A stretch of DNA of 64,000 bases, taken from positions 1,472,001 through 1,536,000 of the forward strand of contig OY761614.1 of the NCBI GenBank assembly GCA_963664825.1. Reading direction: 5' to 3'. Numbering within the stretch: the first letter of the stretch is position 1; every line of letters starts with the position of its first letter. Origin of the DNA: an uncultured Holophaga sp. (GTDB lineage: Bacteria; Acidobacteriota; Holophagae; Holophagales; Holophagaceae). Both the position numbers and the translations under genes were made by a program. Shown in pieces: positions 22,301-31,722 of this stretch. The notes under the pieces were generated by a model that searched no databases, was not told where the DNA came from, and saw only the letters and a program-made list of their open reading frames with translations.

Positions 22301-24025
22301 CTATTGGATGGTCAGCGTATAGGAGGCGTCCGTACCCGTGAAGATGCCCTGCGGGTCCACGCTGACGCGCACGGCGTAATAGCCGGCCGTCTTCCCCGTC
22401 AGGGGGATGGTATTGGCGGAGCCTGGGGCGAGGGCGTAGGCCAGATACCCGAGGGAATCGAACAGCTCGACCCGCAGCGCCGGGCCGGACGTGGTGAGTG
22501 TGATCGTACGGCTGTTGCCGTCGTGGTAGATGCGATAGGTCTGGGCTTGATCCTGGTCGTACGCGATCAACCCATTGGTCGTGGAATTGTAGGTCTTGAG
22601 ACTGCCACTGAGGTGGAGGGGCAGGGTGATCTGGGTGATCCAGAGGTTGTCCAGGGGATTGGTGGGATTTGTCGTGTAGTAGGGATCGCCGGGGACCGTA
22701 ATATCGCCGTAGCCGTTCCCCATGTTCTCGAGGGCGAGTTCGGCTCGGATGGCATTGCCTGCTGCACTGCCAGCCTGGGTACTGGCCAAGCGGGCGAGGC
22801 CGACGAGGTAGGTGGGGTAGCAGCCGAGCGGGGCATTGCCGAATTCAAAGGCAAGTTTGGCAATCTTGGGGTTGGTGGCATCCCACATGGTGGCCAAGCC
22901 CGCCGGAGTGCCATTGAAAACGGAGGCATTCTTCCAGATGCCCCATTGGGCTCGGGCAATGGAACTGGCCAGGAATTCCCCCCCACCGCTGGGCTTCTGG
23001 TGCTGATCGACCCGCCAGTACGTGATCTTTCCATCGGTTCCAATATCGTAAAGGTAGGGGCTATTCCTGAAGGCACACGATAGGAAATTCCCGAATCCGC
23101 TGGCGAAGGCTATGGTGGATTCCGAGGGGATATTGGGGCTGATGTAGGCGTCCGCGTCATTATCGCTGCGGATGAGGCCACAGCTGAAGTAGAAGCGGGC
23201 GAAGGTCTCCTGGAGCAGGCTGTCATTGTAGGCATCGGCGCCCCGGTCCACAGCGTTAGGCCCGGCGTAGCGCACCGCATGCTGGTAGATGGGGCGGCTA
23301 TCCCCGGGAACTGGGTCCGTGGCGAGGGTGGTGGAGGGCTGCACGAGTATTTTGGGCTGTATGGCGCTATCCACAGCGGCCCTTGGGTAGGAGGTTGAGG
23401 TATTGCCCGCGTTCCAAAAGGCATGGAGATCAGGCATCGCGACGGTGGGTTCCAGGTCGCGGGTCTTCTCCGCGAAGGCGGCCATCTGATCGGCAATGGC
23501 GAAGGGGCCCGCATTCCCGTCTGCGCTAGAAGGGTCCTCCCGGGCGAGGAGTGGCAGGGTGAAATCCGAATCGGCCACCTGGGGCAGGCTCTCCATGTAC
23601 CAGGTCGGAACTTGGTTAAAGGCGCTGCTATTGGTATAGGCGGTCTGAAGGACACCGCTCTTCACGCTTCCGTGCATGAAGAAGTTGCTCCCAGAAGTGC
23701 TGGGGACCGTGATATCGGCTCGCACCACGACCTTGAAGGCAATGCCCCTGGGGATATCCACCCACCCGGTGCCATCGGTGCCAAGATTCCCGTATTTGAG
23801 GGGGCTGCTATCCCCCGAGCGCCACACTTCCGCCCAACAGTACCGGGCCGGCTGCGTGTTCAGTTGGGAGCTGAATCCATTGGTCGTCAATGCCCGTTTC
23901 TCGTAGCGGGCCTGGAGGGTGATTCGGACCGTGTCCTCGGAAGAGTCACTGCCTCCTCCGGTACATCCCGTGACGAATACGAGAGGGACGGCCAAGAACC
24001 AGGACCATGGGTGTTTCTGAGCCAT
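22301..24025 (-). CDS. Large lipoprotein, possibly an inactive zincin-like protease with a C-terminal PPC-like beta domain
   Basis: Lipobox VFVTGC followed by a GGGSDSS linker; GGAGG SD; C-terminal GYYAVRV...YTLTIQ. Confidence 0.75.
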   Translation of the reverse strand: MAQKHPWSWFLAVPLVFVTGCTGGGSDSSEDTVRITLQARYEKRALTTNGFSSQLNTQPARYCWAEVWRSGDSSPLKYGNLGTDGTGWVDIPRGIAFKVVVRADITVPSTSGSNFFMHGSVKSGVLQTAYTNSSAFNQVPTWYMESLPQVADSDFTLPLLAREDPSSADGNAGPFAIADQMAAFAEKTRDLEPTVAMPDLHAFWNAGNTSTSYPRAAVDSAIQPKILVQPSTTLATDPVPGDSRPIYQHAVRYAGPNAVDRGADAYNDSLLQETFARFYFSCGLIRSDNDADAYISPNIPSESTIAFASGFGNFLSCAFRNSPYLYDIGTDGKITYWRVDQHQKPSGGGEFLASSIARAQWGIWKNASVFNGTPAGLATMWDATNPKIAKLAFEFGNAPLGCYPTYLVGLARLASTQAGSAAGNAIRAELALENMGNGYGDITVPGDPYYTTNPTNPLDNLWITQITLPLHLSGSLKTYNSTTNGLIAYDQDQAQTYRIYHDGNSRTITLTTSGPALRVELFDSLGYLAYALAPGSANTIPLTGKTAGYYAVRVSVDPQGIFTGTDASYTLTIQ

Positions 24026-24081
24026 GAGAACCTCCGATTATTAGGATTGATAAAGATGTAATTTCAAAGTCCATGCCATTC

Positions 24082-25206
24082 CTAATGGCCCAGGACCTCC
24101 CACACGCCCCCCTGGAAATCCCAGCGCGCTTGCAGCGCTGGCAGGGTCTGCAGATCCAGTGCCAGTGGGGATCCGCCCAAGGGACGCTCTACGCTGAAAC
24201 GGTGGAATTCATCCACCAGACCCTGCTCTAGGAGTTGGGTGGCGAGGGTGCCCCCCCCTTCGAAGAGCACGCGGCCCAGGCCCATGGCGGCCAGCTCGTG
24301 CAACAGGTGTCGCAAACTGCATCCCCCGGGGCCCGGGGGGACCCGGAGATCCTCGACGCCGGGGATGGGGCGCGCCTCGCCTGTGGTGACGCGGAGGGCA
24401 GGCTGGCCCTCGACGGGGGCCCAGATCCTCTGGGAGGGGGGCAGGAGGCCGCGACTATCCAGCACGATCCTGTGGAAGGTGCGATGGGGTAGTGTAGGAG
24501 CGGGCCAGCGGTCCGTGAGCAGGGGATCGTCCACCTCGACCGTATGCCGGCCGACCACGATGGCTTCGGCCGCCCGCCTCAGGGCGTGGGCGAATCCTTG
24601 GATCTCGGGAGGGGTCACCTGAGTGTTCTGGCCTTCGGGGCCCAGGGCCCCATCCGAACCCAAGGCCAGTTTGAGGACCACCCAGGGGAGACCCGTGCCA
24701 ATCAGCTTGAAGAAGGGGGCATGGAAACGGGTGCAGGCCCCTTGGAGGCAGCCCTCCAGGACTTCGACGCCGTGGGATCTGAGGAGGGCGAAGCCGCCCC
24801 CATCCACCCGGGGGTTGGGATCCCGGGCACCCACCACCACGCGGGTGATGCCCGAGCGGATGAGGGCCTCGGTGCAGGGAGGCGTCCTCCCGTGATGGCA
24901 GCAGGGTTCCAACGTCACGTAAGCCGTGGCGCCTCGGAGCGTTTCGCCCCGCCCCTCTGCGTCCCTCAAGGCCATGATCTCCCCGTGGGGGTCTCCGGCC
25001 CTTGTGTGGACGCCGCGCCCCAGGATGCGGCCGTCCCGGACGAGGAGGCAGCCTACGGGGGGGTTGGGGCTGGAGAGGCCGACGCCCTTCATGCCTTCCC
25101 GGAGGGCCAGGGCCATGAAGTGATCGGAGCCCGTCTGGGCCTCGGGATCGGGCCACGGGCCGCCCGTGGCGAGTCCCCAGGCCGAGTCGGAGGACAGATC
25201 AGCCAA
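24082..25206 (-). CDS. ribD: Riboflavin biosynthesis deaminase/reductase RibD
   Basis: PNPPVGC, HGE, TLEPCCHHGRTPPC, DPNP, EGGG; probable TTG start at 25206 with GGAGG SD, overlapping the ftsY end. Confidence 0.93.
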   Translation of the reverse strand: MADLSSDSAWGLATGGPWPDPEAQTGSDHFMALALREGMKGVGLSSPNPPVGCLLVRDGRILGRGVHTRAGDPHGEIMALRDAEGRGETLRGATAYVTLEPCCHHGRTPPCTEALIRSGITRVVVGARDPNPRVDGGGFALLRSHGVEVLEGCLQGACTRFHAPFFKLIGTGLPWVVLKLALGSDGALGPEGQNTQVTPPEIQGFAHALRRAAEAIVVGRHTVEVDDPLLTDRWPAPTLPHRTFHRIVLDSRGLLPPSQRIWAPVEGQPALRVTTGEARPIPGVEDLRVPPGPGGCSLRHLLHELAAMGLGRVLFEGGGTLATQLLEQGLVDEFHRFSVERPLGGSPLALDLQTLPALQARWDFQGGVWEVLGH

Positions 25207-26107
25207 GAAGTCCCTCCACGAAGGCCTCGGGATCGAAGGCAATGAGATCGTCCACCTGCTCGCCTACGCCCACGAAGGCGATGGGTAACCGGAGGCGCTC
25301 CAGGATGGAGACCACCACGCCGCCCTTGGCGCTGCCGTCCAGCTTCGTGAGCACTAGGTCGGTGATGCCGGCGGCTTGCTTGAAGGCCTCGGCCTGTACT
25401 AGGCCGTTCTGGCCCGTGGTGGCATCCAGCACCAGGAGGACCCGATGGGGGGCTTCGGGAATAACCTTCTGGAGGCTGCGGCGGATCTTATCCAGTTCCC
25501 GCATGAGGTTGTCCTTAGTGTGGAGGCGGCCTGCCGTATCGATGAGCACCCAGGGCGTTCCCTTGGCTAGCGCACTGGTGGCTCCGTCGAAGGCGATGGC
25601 TGCGGGGTCGCCCCCCATCTGGTTGCGGATCACAGGCACATCGGCCCTCAGGCCCCATTGTTCCAACTGATCGATGGCGGCGGCCCGGAAGGTATCCCCG
25701 GCCACCACGAGCACTTCTTCGCCCCGGCCCTTGAGATGGGCGGCGAGCTTGCCCAGGGTCGTGGTCTTGCCGACCCCATTGACGCCCACCAGGAGGATCA
25801 CTTGAGTGCCCGAGGCTTCCAGGGGGCGGCGAGGGACCTGACGGAGGATCTTCAGGAGTTCGTCCTTGAGCAGGGCCTTGGGGTCGATATCGCCCGATTT
25901 TCGGAGTTCGAAGCGAAGGCGGTCCATGAGGCGCTGGGTGGCATGAACCCCCAGGTCCGCCTGGAGTAGGAGATCCTCCAGTTCAAGGAGTTGCTCCTCG
26001 TCGAGCCTCCCAATGCCCAGGAGGCGCCCCATGGGGGCTAGGACCAGTTCCTGGGTGCGTTGGAGACCCTGGCGGAACTTGTCGATGAGACCAGAGAGAA
26101 GACCCAC
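25199..26107 (-). CDS. ftsY: SRP receptor FtsY
   Basis: GVNGVGKTTT, DTFRAAA, DTAGRLH, DATTGQNG, TKLDGSAKGG; GTG start at 26107 with GAGG SD. Confidence 0.97.
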   Translation of the reverse strand: MGLLSGLIDKFRQGLQRTQELVLAPMGRLLGIGRLDEEQLLELEDLLLQADLGVHATQRLMDRLRFELRKSGDIDPKALLKDELLKILRQVPRRPLEASGTQVILLVGVNGVGKTTTLGKLAAHLKGRGEEVLVVAGDTFRAAAIDQLEQWGLRADVPVIRNQMGGDPAAIAFDGATSALAKGTPWVLIDTAGRLHTKDNLMRELDKIRRSLQKVIPEAPHRVLLVLDATTGQNGLVQAEAFKQAAGITDLVLTKLDGSAKGGVVVSILERLRLPIAFVGVGEQVDDLIAFDPEAFVEGLLG

Positions 26108-26150
26108 ATGCACCTCGTTCCGGAGGCGTGCGCCTGCCGGCATCTCCAGT

Positions 26151-26522
26151 CTAGTGCAGCAAGGATTCCAGCGGTGTTCTACGTGGAACATCCTGGGAGG
26201 AATCCGCGCGACCGGCCAGCATGGAGCCGTTGCCCCCGGTGCAGCCCACGAGCACATCCACGGCCAGGGCCACGAGGCCATCCGGGATGGGGTGGAGCCA
26301 GGGGCGAGGCCGGGTCCAGGAAACGGAGAGTACGGCGGGGAAGTTGGGGGGTGGTGGTTGCCCCGGGTGGAAGCGCACCGCCCGCTTCTGCGTGTGGAAA
26401 CTCAGAGTCTCTGGCAGGGAGTGCAGGGGATGGGCCTGGGCCTCCTTCGGATCGAAGGGCTCAGTTCTCAACACCCAGATGAAGGCCGGGGGATCAGGGG
26501 GTAAGGAGGCCTGGGGGAACAT
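26151..26522 (-). CDS. Hypothetical protein
   Basis: ATG-started ORF filling the gap between the TPR gene and ftsY; no recognisable motif. Confidence 0.35.
   Translation of the reverse strand: MFPQASLPPDPPAFIWVLRTEPFDPKEAQAHPLHSLPETLSFHTQKRAVRFHPGQPPPPNFPAVLSVSWTRPRPWLHPIPDGLVALAVDVLVGCTGGNGSMLAGRADSSQDVPRRTPLESLLH
26175..26190. promoter_or_regulatory. parS-type site
   Basis: TGTTCTACGTGGAACA, 15/16 match. Confidence 0.72.
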
Positions 26523-26574
26523 AATAGGGCTCGGTTGAGTGCAAGTATTGTTTAAAGTGGTTTTAACTAATTGC

Positions 26575-27459
26575 CTAGCGAGCGTTTCCCGAATGGGTTG
26601 CGGCTGCCTTTGGGTGGGCTGCGAGGTACCGGTCGGCTATTTGGAGGTACTGCCGCAGGTTTTGGGTCATGGAGGTATCCGCCCGCCCCGTGGCTAATGC
26701 AGAGGCTAGGTCCTCCCGGCCTGGGCGATACTGCTTGAGGCCGAATCGGGCCCGCCCGCGATTGTAGAGAGCCTCTACATTCCCGGACTCCAGGGCCAGC
26801 GCGCGATCGGCGGCCTGGATCGCTTCAGCATAGGCCTGCCGTTCCACGCGGCAGCATGCCAAGTCTGCCCAGGCCATGGCCGTGTGGCCATCCCGTTGGA
26901 CGGCCTCCAGGAGCACGGGTTCAGCCTCTTTGAATTTCAACTGCATGGAAAGGGCTTCACCCTTCAGGGATAGGCCGAGGCCAGGCCGGGTTTTTGAGAG
27001 AACCTCGGCGTATACAGCCAGCGAGATCCAGTCCTGGAGGGTCTGCGCCTCGCTGCACGCGTTCTCGAATCCGGCTGGGAAACCGAGACGCCCGTTTTCT
27101 GCATGGGCTGCCATGGCCTCTGCGTGCCGCCCCAGCCGGGAAAGAGCCAGGGCACGGAGGGACCGGGCATCGCTTCTGTATGGGCCCGACTTGGATTCCA
27201 GTTGGGGGATCACCGCATCGCAGACCGCCAGCAGCCTTTCCCATCGCTGGGCATGATGCAGGGATTGGAACCAGAGATAGAGAAGCCGCCCTCGGTCCTT
27301 GGGGCCCAGGGATTCGAAGTGGTCCGCGAGTCCAGACCAGTCCTTGACCTGGTAGAAACCAAGCACCTCCTTGTCCACGGGATTGGTGGGATCCAAAGTG
27401 GGTTGCTGGGCGAAGAGGAGGCTGCCGAGCAGGAGGGTGAGGAGGAATGCGGGTCTCAT
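26575..27459 (-). CDS. Secreted TPR-repeat protein
   Basis: Signal peptide; TPR-like AWADLA...YAEAIQAADRALAL...EALYNRGRARFGL. Confidence 0.85.
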   Translation of the reverse strand: MRPAFLLTLLLGSLLFAQQPTLDPTNPVDKEVLGFYQVKDWSGLADHFESLGPKDRGRLLYLWFQSLHHAQRWERLLAVCDAVIPQLESKSGPYRSDARSLRALALSRLGRHAEAMAAHAENGRLGFPAGFENACSEAQTLQDWISLAVYAEVLSKTRPGLGLSLKGEALSMQLKFKEAEPVLLEAVQRDGHTAMAWADLACCRVERQAYAEAIQAADRALALESGNVEALYNRGRARFGLKQYRPGREDLASALATGRADTSMTQNLRQYLQIADRYLAAHPKAAATHSGNAR

Positions 27460-27475
27460 GGGCGTCCGGGAGGCT

Positions 27476-29932
27476 TCAGGGCTTGCGACGTTTATCCTTA
27501 GCCGCGCTTTTCTTCGTCACCTTGCCGTCCACGGGGACGGGCCTTCCGATGCCCCTGCGGTCGGGGCAGACCCACTTGGTGAGGGCCATCTCGAAGACTT
27601 CCTCCACATGGTGGACCGGGTGGAAGCGCAGCTTGGCGCGCACTTCGGGGGAGATCTCCTCCAGATCTTTGAGATTGGCGTGGGGGATGATGATGTCCTT
27701 GATGCCCACCCGCAGGGCCGCCAGGGACTTCTCCTTGAGGCCGCCAATGGGCAGGGCTTCGCCCCGCAGATCGATCTCGCCGGTCATGGCGATGGTGTTC
27801 TTCACGGGGATGCCCTTGAGGGCCGATAGCAGCACGGTGGCGATGGCGAGACCCGCGCTGGGGCCGTCCTTGGGGATGGCGCCTTCGGGGAAGTGGATGT
27901 GTATATCGTGCTTCTGGAAGAGTTCGGGGTCGATCTCGAAGGCTTCGCTGCGGCTGCGGATGTAGCTGAGGGCCGCCTGGGCGCTCTCCTTCATCACATC
28001 CCCCAGCTGGCCGGTGAGGATGAGCCCGCCCTTGCCGGGCATCTTGAGGGCCTCCACGAAGAGCACTTCGCCGCCGGTGGAGGTCCAGGCCAGGCCCGTG
28101 ATCACGCCCACCCGAGGCGCCTTCAGGCGCTCATCCTGGAGCAGCTTTACGGGGCCCAGGAGCTCCTGGATGTTGGCCTCCGCAAGGGTGAACTTCCCCT
28201 CCTGCTTATCCTCGGCCACTCTGCGGGCGACCTTGCGACAGACGCTGCCCACTTCGCGCTCCAGCTGCCGCAGCCCCGCTTCCCGGGTATAGCCCTGGAT
28301 CAGGGCCTTGAGCCCCGATTTCGCGAAGCTCACCTGGGCCTTCGTGACGCCATTCTTTTCGAGCTGGCGGGGGATCAGGTGCTTCTCGGCGATGCTGATC
28401 TTCTCCTGCAGGGTGTAGCTGGAGAGGTGGATGATCTCCATGCGGTCCCGGAAGGCGGGTTGGATGGGATCCAGCTCGTTGGCGGTGGTGAGGAAGAGCA
28501 CCTGGCTGAGATCGATGGGCACGTTCATGTAGTTATCGCGGAAGGTGTGGTTCTGCTCGGGATCCAGCACCTCCAGCAGGGCCGCGCTGGGGTCGCCGCG
28601 CATATCCCGGCCGATCTTGTCGACCTCGTCGAGCACGATGACGGGGTTCATGGTCTTCACCTGATGCAGGGCCTGGATGATGCGGCCCGGCATGGCTCCC
28701 ACATAGGTGCGGCGGTGGCCCCGGATCTCACTCTCGTCGTGGACGCCCCCCAGGGAGAGCCGGGCGAACTTGCGGCCCAGGGCCCGGGCCACGCTCTTGC
28801 CGAGGGAAGTCTTGCCCGTGCCCGGAGGGCCGACGAAGCAGAGGATGGTGCCCTTCAGGTCCGGGCGGAGCTTGCGCACAGCCAGGAATTCCATGAGGCG
28901 GTCCTTGATTTTGTCGAGGCCGTCGTGGTCTTCGTCCAGGATCGCCTGAGCCAGCTTGAGGTCCTTGTTGTCCTCGCTCTGGATGCCCCAGGGCATTTCG
29001 GTCATCCACTCCAGATAGGTGCGGGTGACGGCGGTTTCGCTGGAATCCGGGTGCATGCGCTCCAGCTTCTTGAGGTTGCGCTCGATCTCGGCAAGGATCT
29101 CCTCGGGCACGCTCAAGGGGGCGATCTTGTCCCGGAAGGCCTGAATCTCCTCGGCCAGTTCATTGGCCTCGCCCAGTTCGTTCTGGATGGCCTTGAGCTG
29201 CTGGCGGAGGTAATACTCCCGCTGGCCCTTGTCCATCTCCCCCCGGGCCTCCATGGTGATCTTCTGCTGGACCTCCAGCAGATCGATCTCCCGCATCAGG
29301 AGTTCGTGGACGCGCTTGAGGCGGTGGATGGGTTCCACGATCTCAAGGACCTCCTGGAGCTGAGGGGGCTTGAGCTCGAGATTGGAGGCCACCAGATCGG
29401 CCAAGCGGCCCGGCGCGTCCAGGTTGGCGGCGATGACGAGCACTTCCTGGTTCAGGTTCTTGCCCAGTGCCACGGCCTTCTCGAGGGTCTGCTTCACGGT
29501 GCGCATGAGGGCATCGAGTTCGATGCCCCGCTCCGTGAGCTCGGGCTCCACGATGGGCTCCACCCGGGCCTTGAAGAGGTTTTCGGTCTCGGTGAAATAC
29601 TCCACCCGCACCCGCTGGAGCCCTTGTACTAGCGCGCGGATGCGGCCATCCGGAAGCTTGAGGACCCGCATGATGAGGGCGGCCGTGCCCACCCGGTAGA
29701 GGTCATCGGGGCCCGGGTCATCCATCTCCATCTGCTTCTGGCTGAGCAGCAGGATCATGCGGCTCTCCACCAGGGCCGTGTCGACGGCCTTGAGGGACTT
29801 CTCCCGGCTCACGGAGAGGGGCAGGATCACGTAGGGATAGACCACCACATCCCGCAGGGGCAATACGGGTAGGACTTCGGGGATCTTCGGGGATTCATCC
29901 AAGAGCTGGGGGACGTCGCGTTCTTCGGCCAC
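27476..29932 (-). CDS. lon: ATP-dependent Lon protease
   Basis: LPLRDVVVYP, GPPGTGKTS, RRTYVGAMPG, LDEVDK, PKDGPSAG (catalytic Ser), IGGLKEK. Confidence 0.98.
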   Translation of the reverse strand: MAEERDVPQLLDESPKIPEVLPVLPLRDVVVYPYVILPLSVSREKSLKAVDTALVESRMILLLSQKQMEMDDPGPDDLYRVGTAALIMRVLKLPDGRIRALVQGLQRVRVEYFTETENLFKARVEPIVEPELTERGIELDALMRTVKQTLEKAVALGKNLNQEVLVIAANLDAPGRLADLVASNLELKPPQLQEVLEIVEPIHRLKRVHELLMREIDLLEVQQKITMEARGEMDKGQREYYLRQQLKAIQNELGEANELAEEIQAFRDKIAPLSVPEEILAEIERNLKKLERMHPDSSETAVTRTYLEWMTEMPWGIQSEDNKDLKLAQAILDEDHDGLDKIKDRLMEFLAVRKLRPDLKGTILCFVGPPGTGKTSLGKSVARALGRKFARLSLGGVHDESEIRGHRRTYVGAMPGRIIQALHQVKTMNPVIVLDEVDKIGRDMRGDPSAALLEVLDPEQNHTFRDNYMNVPIDLSQVLFLTTANELDPIQPAFRDRMEIIHLSSYTLQEKISIAEKHLIPRQLEKNGVTKAQVSFAKSGLKALIQGYTREAGLRQLEREVGSVCRKVARRVAEDKQEGKFTLAEANIQELLGPVKLLQDERLKAPRVGVITGLAWTSTGGEVLFVEALKMPGKGGLILTGQLGDVMKESAQAALSYIRSRSEAFEIDPELFQKHDIHIHFPEGAIPKDGPSAGLAIATVLLSALKGIPVKNTIAMTGEIDLRGEALPIGGLKEKSLAALRVGIKDIIIPHANLKDLEEISPEVRAKLRFHPVHHVEEVFEMALTKWVCPDRRGIGRPVPVDGKVTKKSAAKDKRRKP

Positions 29933-29964
29933 GGGTTACCTCTGTCTTCAGTGTACGTCTGACA

Positions 29965-30555
29965 TTAGCGCACTTTCCGGCGCTTGCTGGGGCCCAGGCG
30001 GGCCGGGGCGAGACCCGGGAAGAGGGGTGTGGGGCTGGGTGCCCCCGGGGGAGGGGAGACTGGCACTGCCGGAGCGCGGGGCTCGGGGGGCCGGGGGTGG
30101 CTTTGAGCCACCATCATTCCCTCCAGGGCCAGCACGAAATCCGGCAGATCCTTGAAATCACGATAGACGCTGGCGAAGCGCACATAGGCCACCGAGTCCA
30201 AGCGCTTGAGGGCATCCATCACTAGATCGCCCAGGCTGCGGCTGGAGATCTCGCGGTCGGGTTGTTCCAGCAGGCGAGCCTGGATATCCCCTGCGGCCTC
30301 TTCGAGCTGGGTGAGGGTCACGGGCCGCTTTTGGCAGGCCGCCATCATGCCCCGGAGCAGCTTCTGGCGGTCGAAAGGCTCCCGGCGGCCATCCTTCTTC
30401 ACGATGAGTACGGGCATTTCCTCCACCCGCTCATAGCTCGTGAAGCGTCGCCCGCAGGCTAGGCATTCCCGGCGGCGGCGGATGGCATCGCCTTCCCGGG
30501 TCTCCCGGGAATCCACCACCTTGTCCTCGATATGGCCACAAAAGGGGCAACGCAT
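29965..30555 (-). CDS. nrdR: Transcriptional repressor NrdR
   Basis: MRCPFC...DSR...IRRRRECLACGRRFTSYE, ATP cone, VAYVRFASVYR; extra Pro-rich/basic tail. Confidence 0.96.
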   Translation of the reverse strand: MRCPFCGHIEDKVVDSRETREGDAIRRRRECLACGRRFTSYERVEEMPVLIVKKDGRREPFDRQKLLRGMMAACQKRPVTLTQLEEAAGDIQARLLEQPDREISSRSLGDLVMDALKRLDSVAYVRFASVYRDFKDLPDFVLALEGMMVAQSHPRPPEPRAPAVPVSPPPGAPSPTPLFPGLAPARLGPSKRRKVR

Positions 30556-30606
30556 GGAACTAGGCTACATGGCTCAGGGTTCTGGGTCGCAGGAGATTAT
30601 GCGTCC

Positions 30607-31050
30607 TCAACCTTCAATGATTCGAGGCTCCATCCGGATCCGGCAGGCGATGGAATTGGCCACGATGCAGTATTTGTGGGCCTTGTGGAAGAGCTCCTCC
30701 ACGCGATCCTTGGGGGTACCCGCCGCCACACGAATGGTGGGCCGCAGGCGGATTTCCCCCACCCGGGAGACCCGGTCCGTCGTTTCCAGGGTGGACTCCA
30801 CCTGGTCTTCATAGGCCATGATCTCGAACCCCGCCCTGGAGGCTAGCGCCAGGAAGGTGAGGAGGTGACAGGTGGCCAGGGCCGAACCCAGCAGTTCCTC
30901 GGGATTCCAGCGGGTGGGATCCCCGGCATGGGCCGGGGCGCTGCTGGCGGGGATTGCCGCATGGCCGGGAAGGGAGAGCTCGGCGTCGCGGCTGTAGGCA
31001 GGCTCCAGCGTGTTACCGGACCAGCGGAGGGTGAGGGGGTGGGTGGACAT
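30607..31050 (-). CDS. OsmC-family protein
   Basis: YSRD, GDPTRWNPEELL...CHLLTFL, AHKYCIVANS; ATG at 31050. Confidence 0.9.
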   Translation of the reverse strand: MSTHPLTLRWSGNTLEPAYSRDAELSLPGHAAIPASSAPAHAGDPTRWNPEELLGSALATCHLLTFLALASRAGFEIMAYEDQVESTLETTDRVSRVGEIRLRPTIRVAAGTPKDRVEELFHKAHKYCIVANSIACRIRMEPRIIEG

Positions 31051-31141
31051 GAAGACTCCCAGGGTTCGAAGAATAGGCCTATCCATTGTGGGCCTTCTAC
31101 CTTGGATGCGCCCCGGGAGGGAATGATCCCTGGGGAGACGA

Positions 31142-31702
31142 TTGGTTTCCCCTGGCCCCAGAGCGGAAGGGTCGCTTCGAACCTACATTGGGGCCGTGGC
31201 CGAGGAATTCTCACTCACCGCCGTGAAAACTGTTCCTGACGGGAGCGGTTATGGAATGTCATCCACTGGGTCAGGCAAGAAGGCCCCTGAGAAAGCCTCT
31301 GGTGGAACCGATAGCCTGGAACTCTCCCCCGAGGCCCAGAAGAAGATCGCCGCACTTCAGCGAATAGATCTGGATGTGCGGGCCCACGAGGCCGCTCATA
31401 TGGCCGCCGGAGGGGGCCTCGTCCGGGGAGGGGCAACCTTCAGCTACACCCGGGGGCCGGATGGGAAGGCCTACGCCGTGGGGGGGGAAGTGAGTATCGA
31501 TGCTTCGGCGGTGCCCGACGATCCGGAGGCCACTCTTCAGAAGGCCCGGCAGGTCAAGGCCGCGGCCCTAGCGCCGGCGGATCCTTCCCCTCAGGATCGG
31601 AAGGTGGCGACCTCGGCCGAGGCCATGGCTGCCCAGGCCTCCGCGGAACTGGCCCATCGGGCCGTGCCATCCCCAGGGGCTAGGCTCGATATCGTGGCCT
31701 GA
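31142..31702 (+). CDS. SprA-related family protein (start uncertain)
   Basis: [14 protein letters not shown]...[19 protein letters not shown]...[16 protein letters not shown]. Confidence 0.85.
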   Translation: MVSPGPRAEGSLRTYIGAVAEEFSLTAVKTVPDGSGYGMSSTGSGKKAPEKASGGTDSLELSPEAQKKIAALQRIDLDVRAHEAAHMAAGGGLVRGGATFSYTRGPDGKAYAVGGEVSIDASAVPDDPEATLQKARQVKAAALAPADPSPQDRKVATSAEAMAAQASAELAHRAVPSPGARLDIVA

Positions 31703-31722
31703 AGCCCCCGGGATGGGGATCC

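Noticed and set aside
29965..30100. NLS-like PSKRRKVR tail on NrdR
   Set aside because: Several proteins here (Lon, SWIM, SNF2) have Pro-rich or basic tails; there is no evidence of a specific function.
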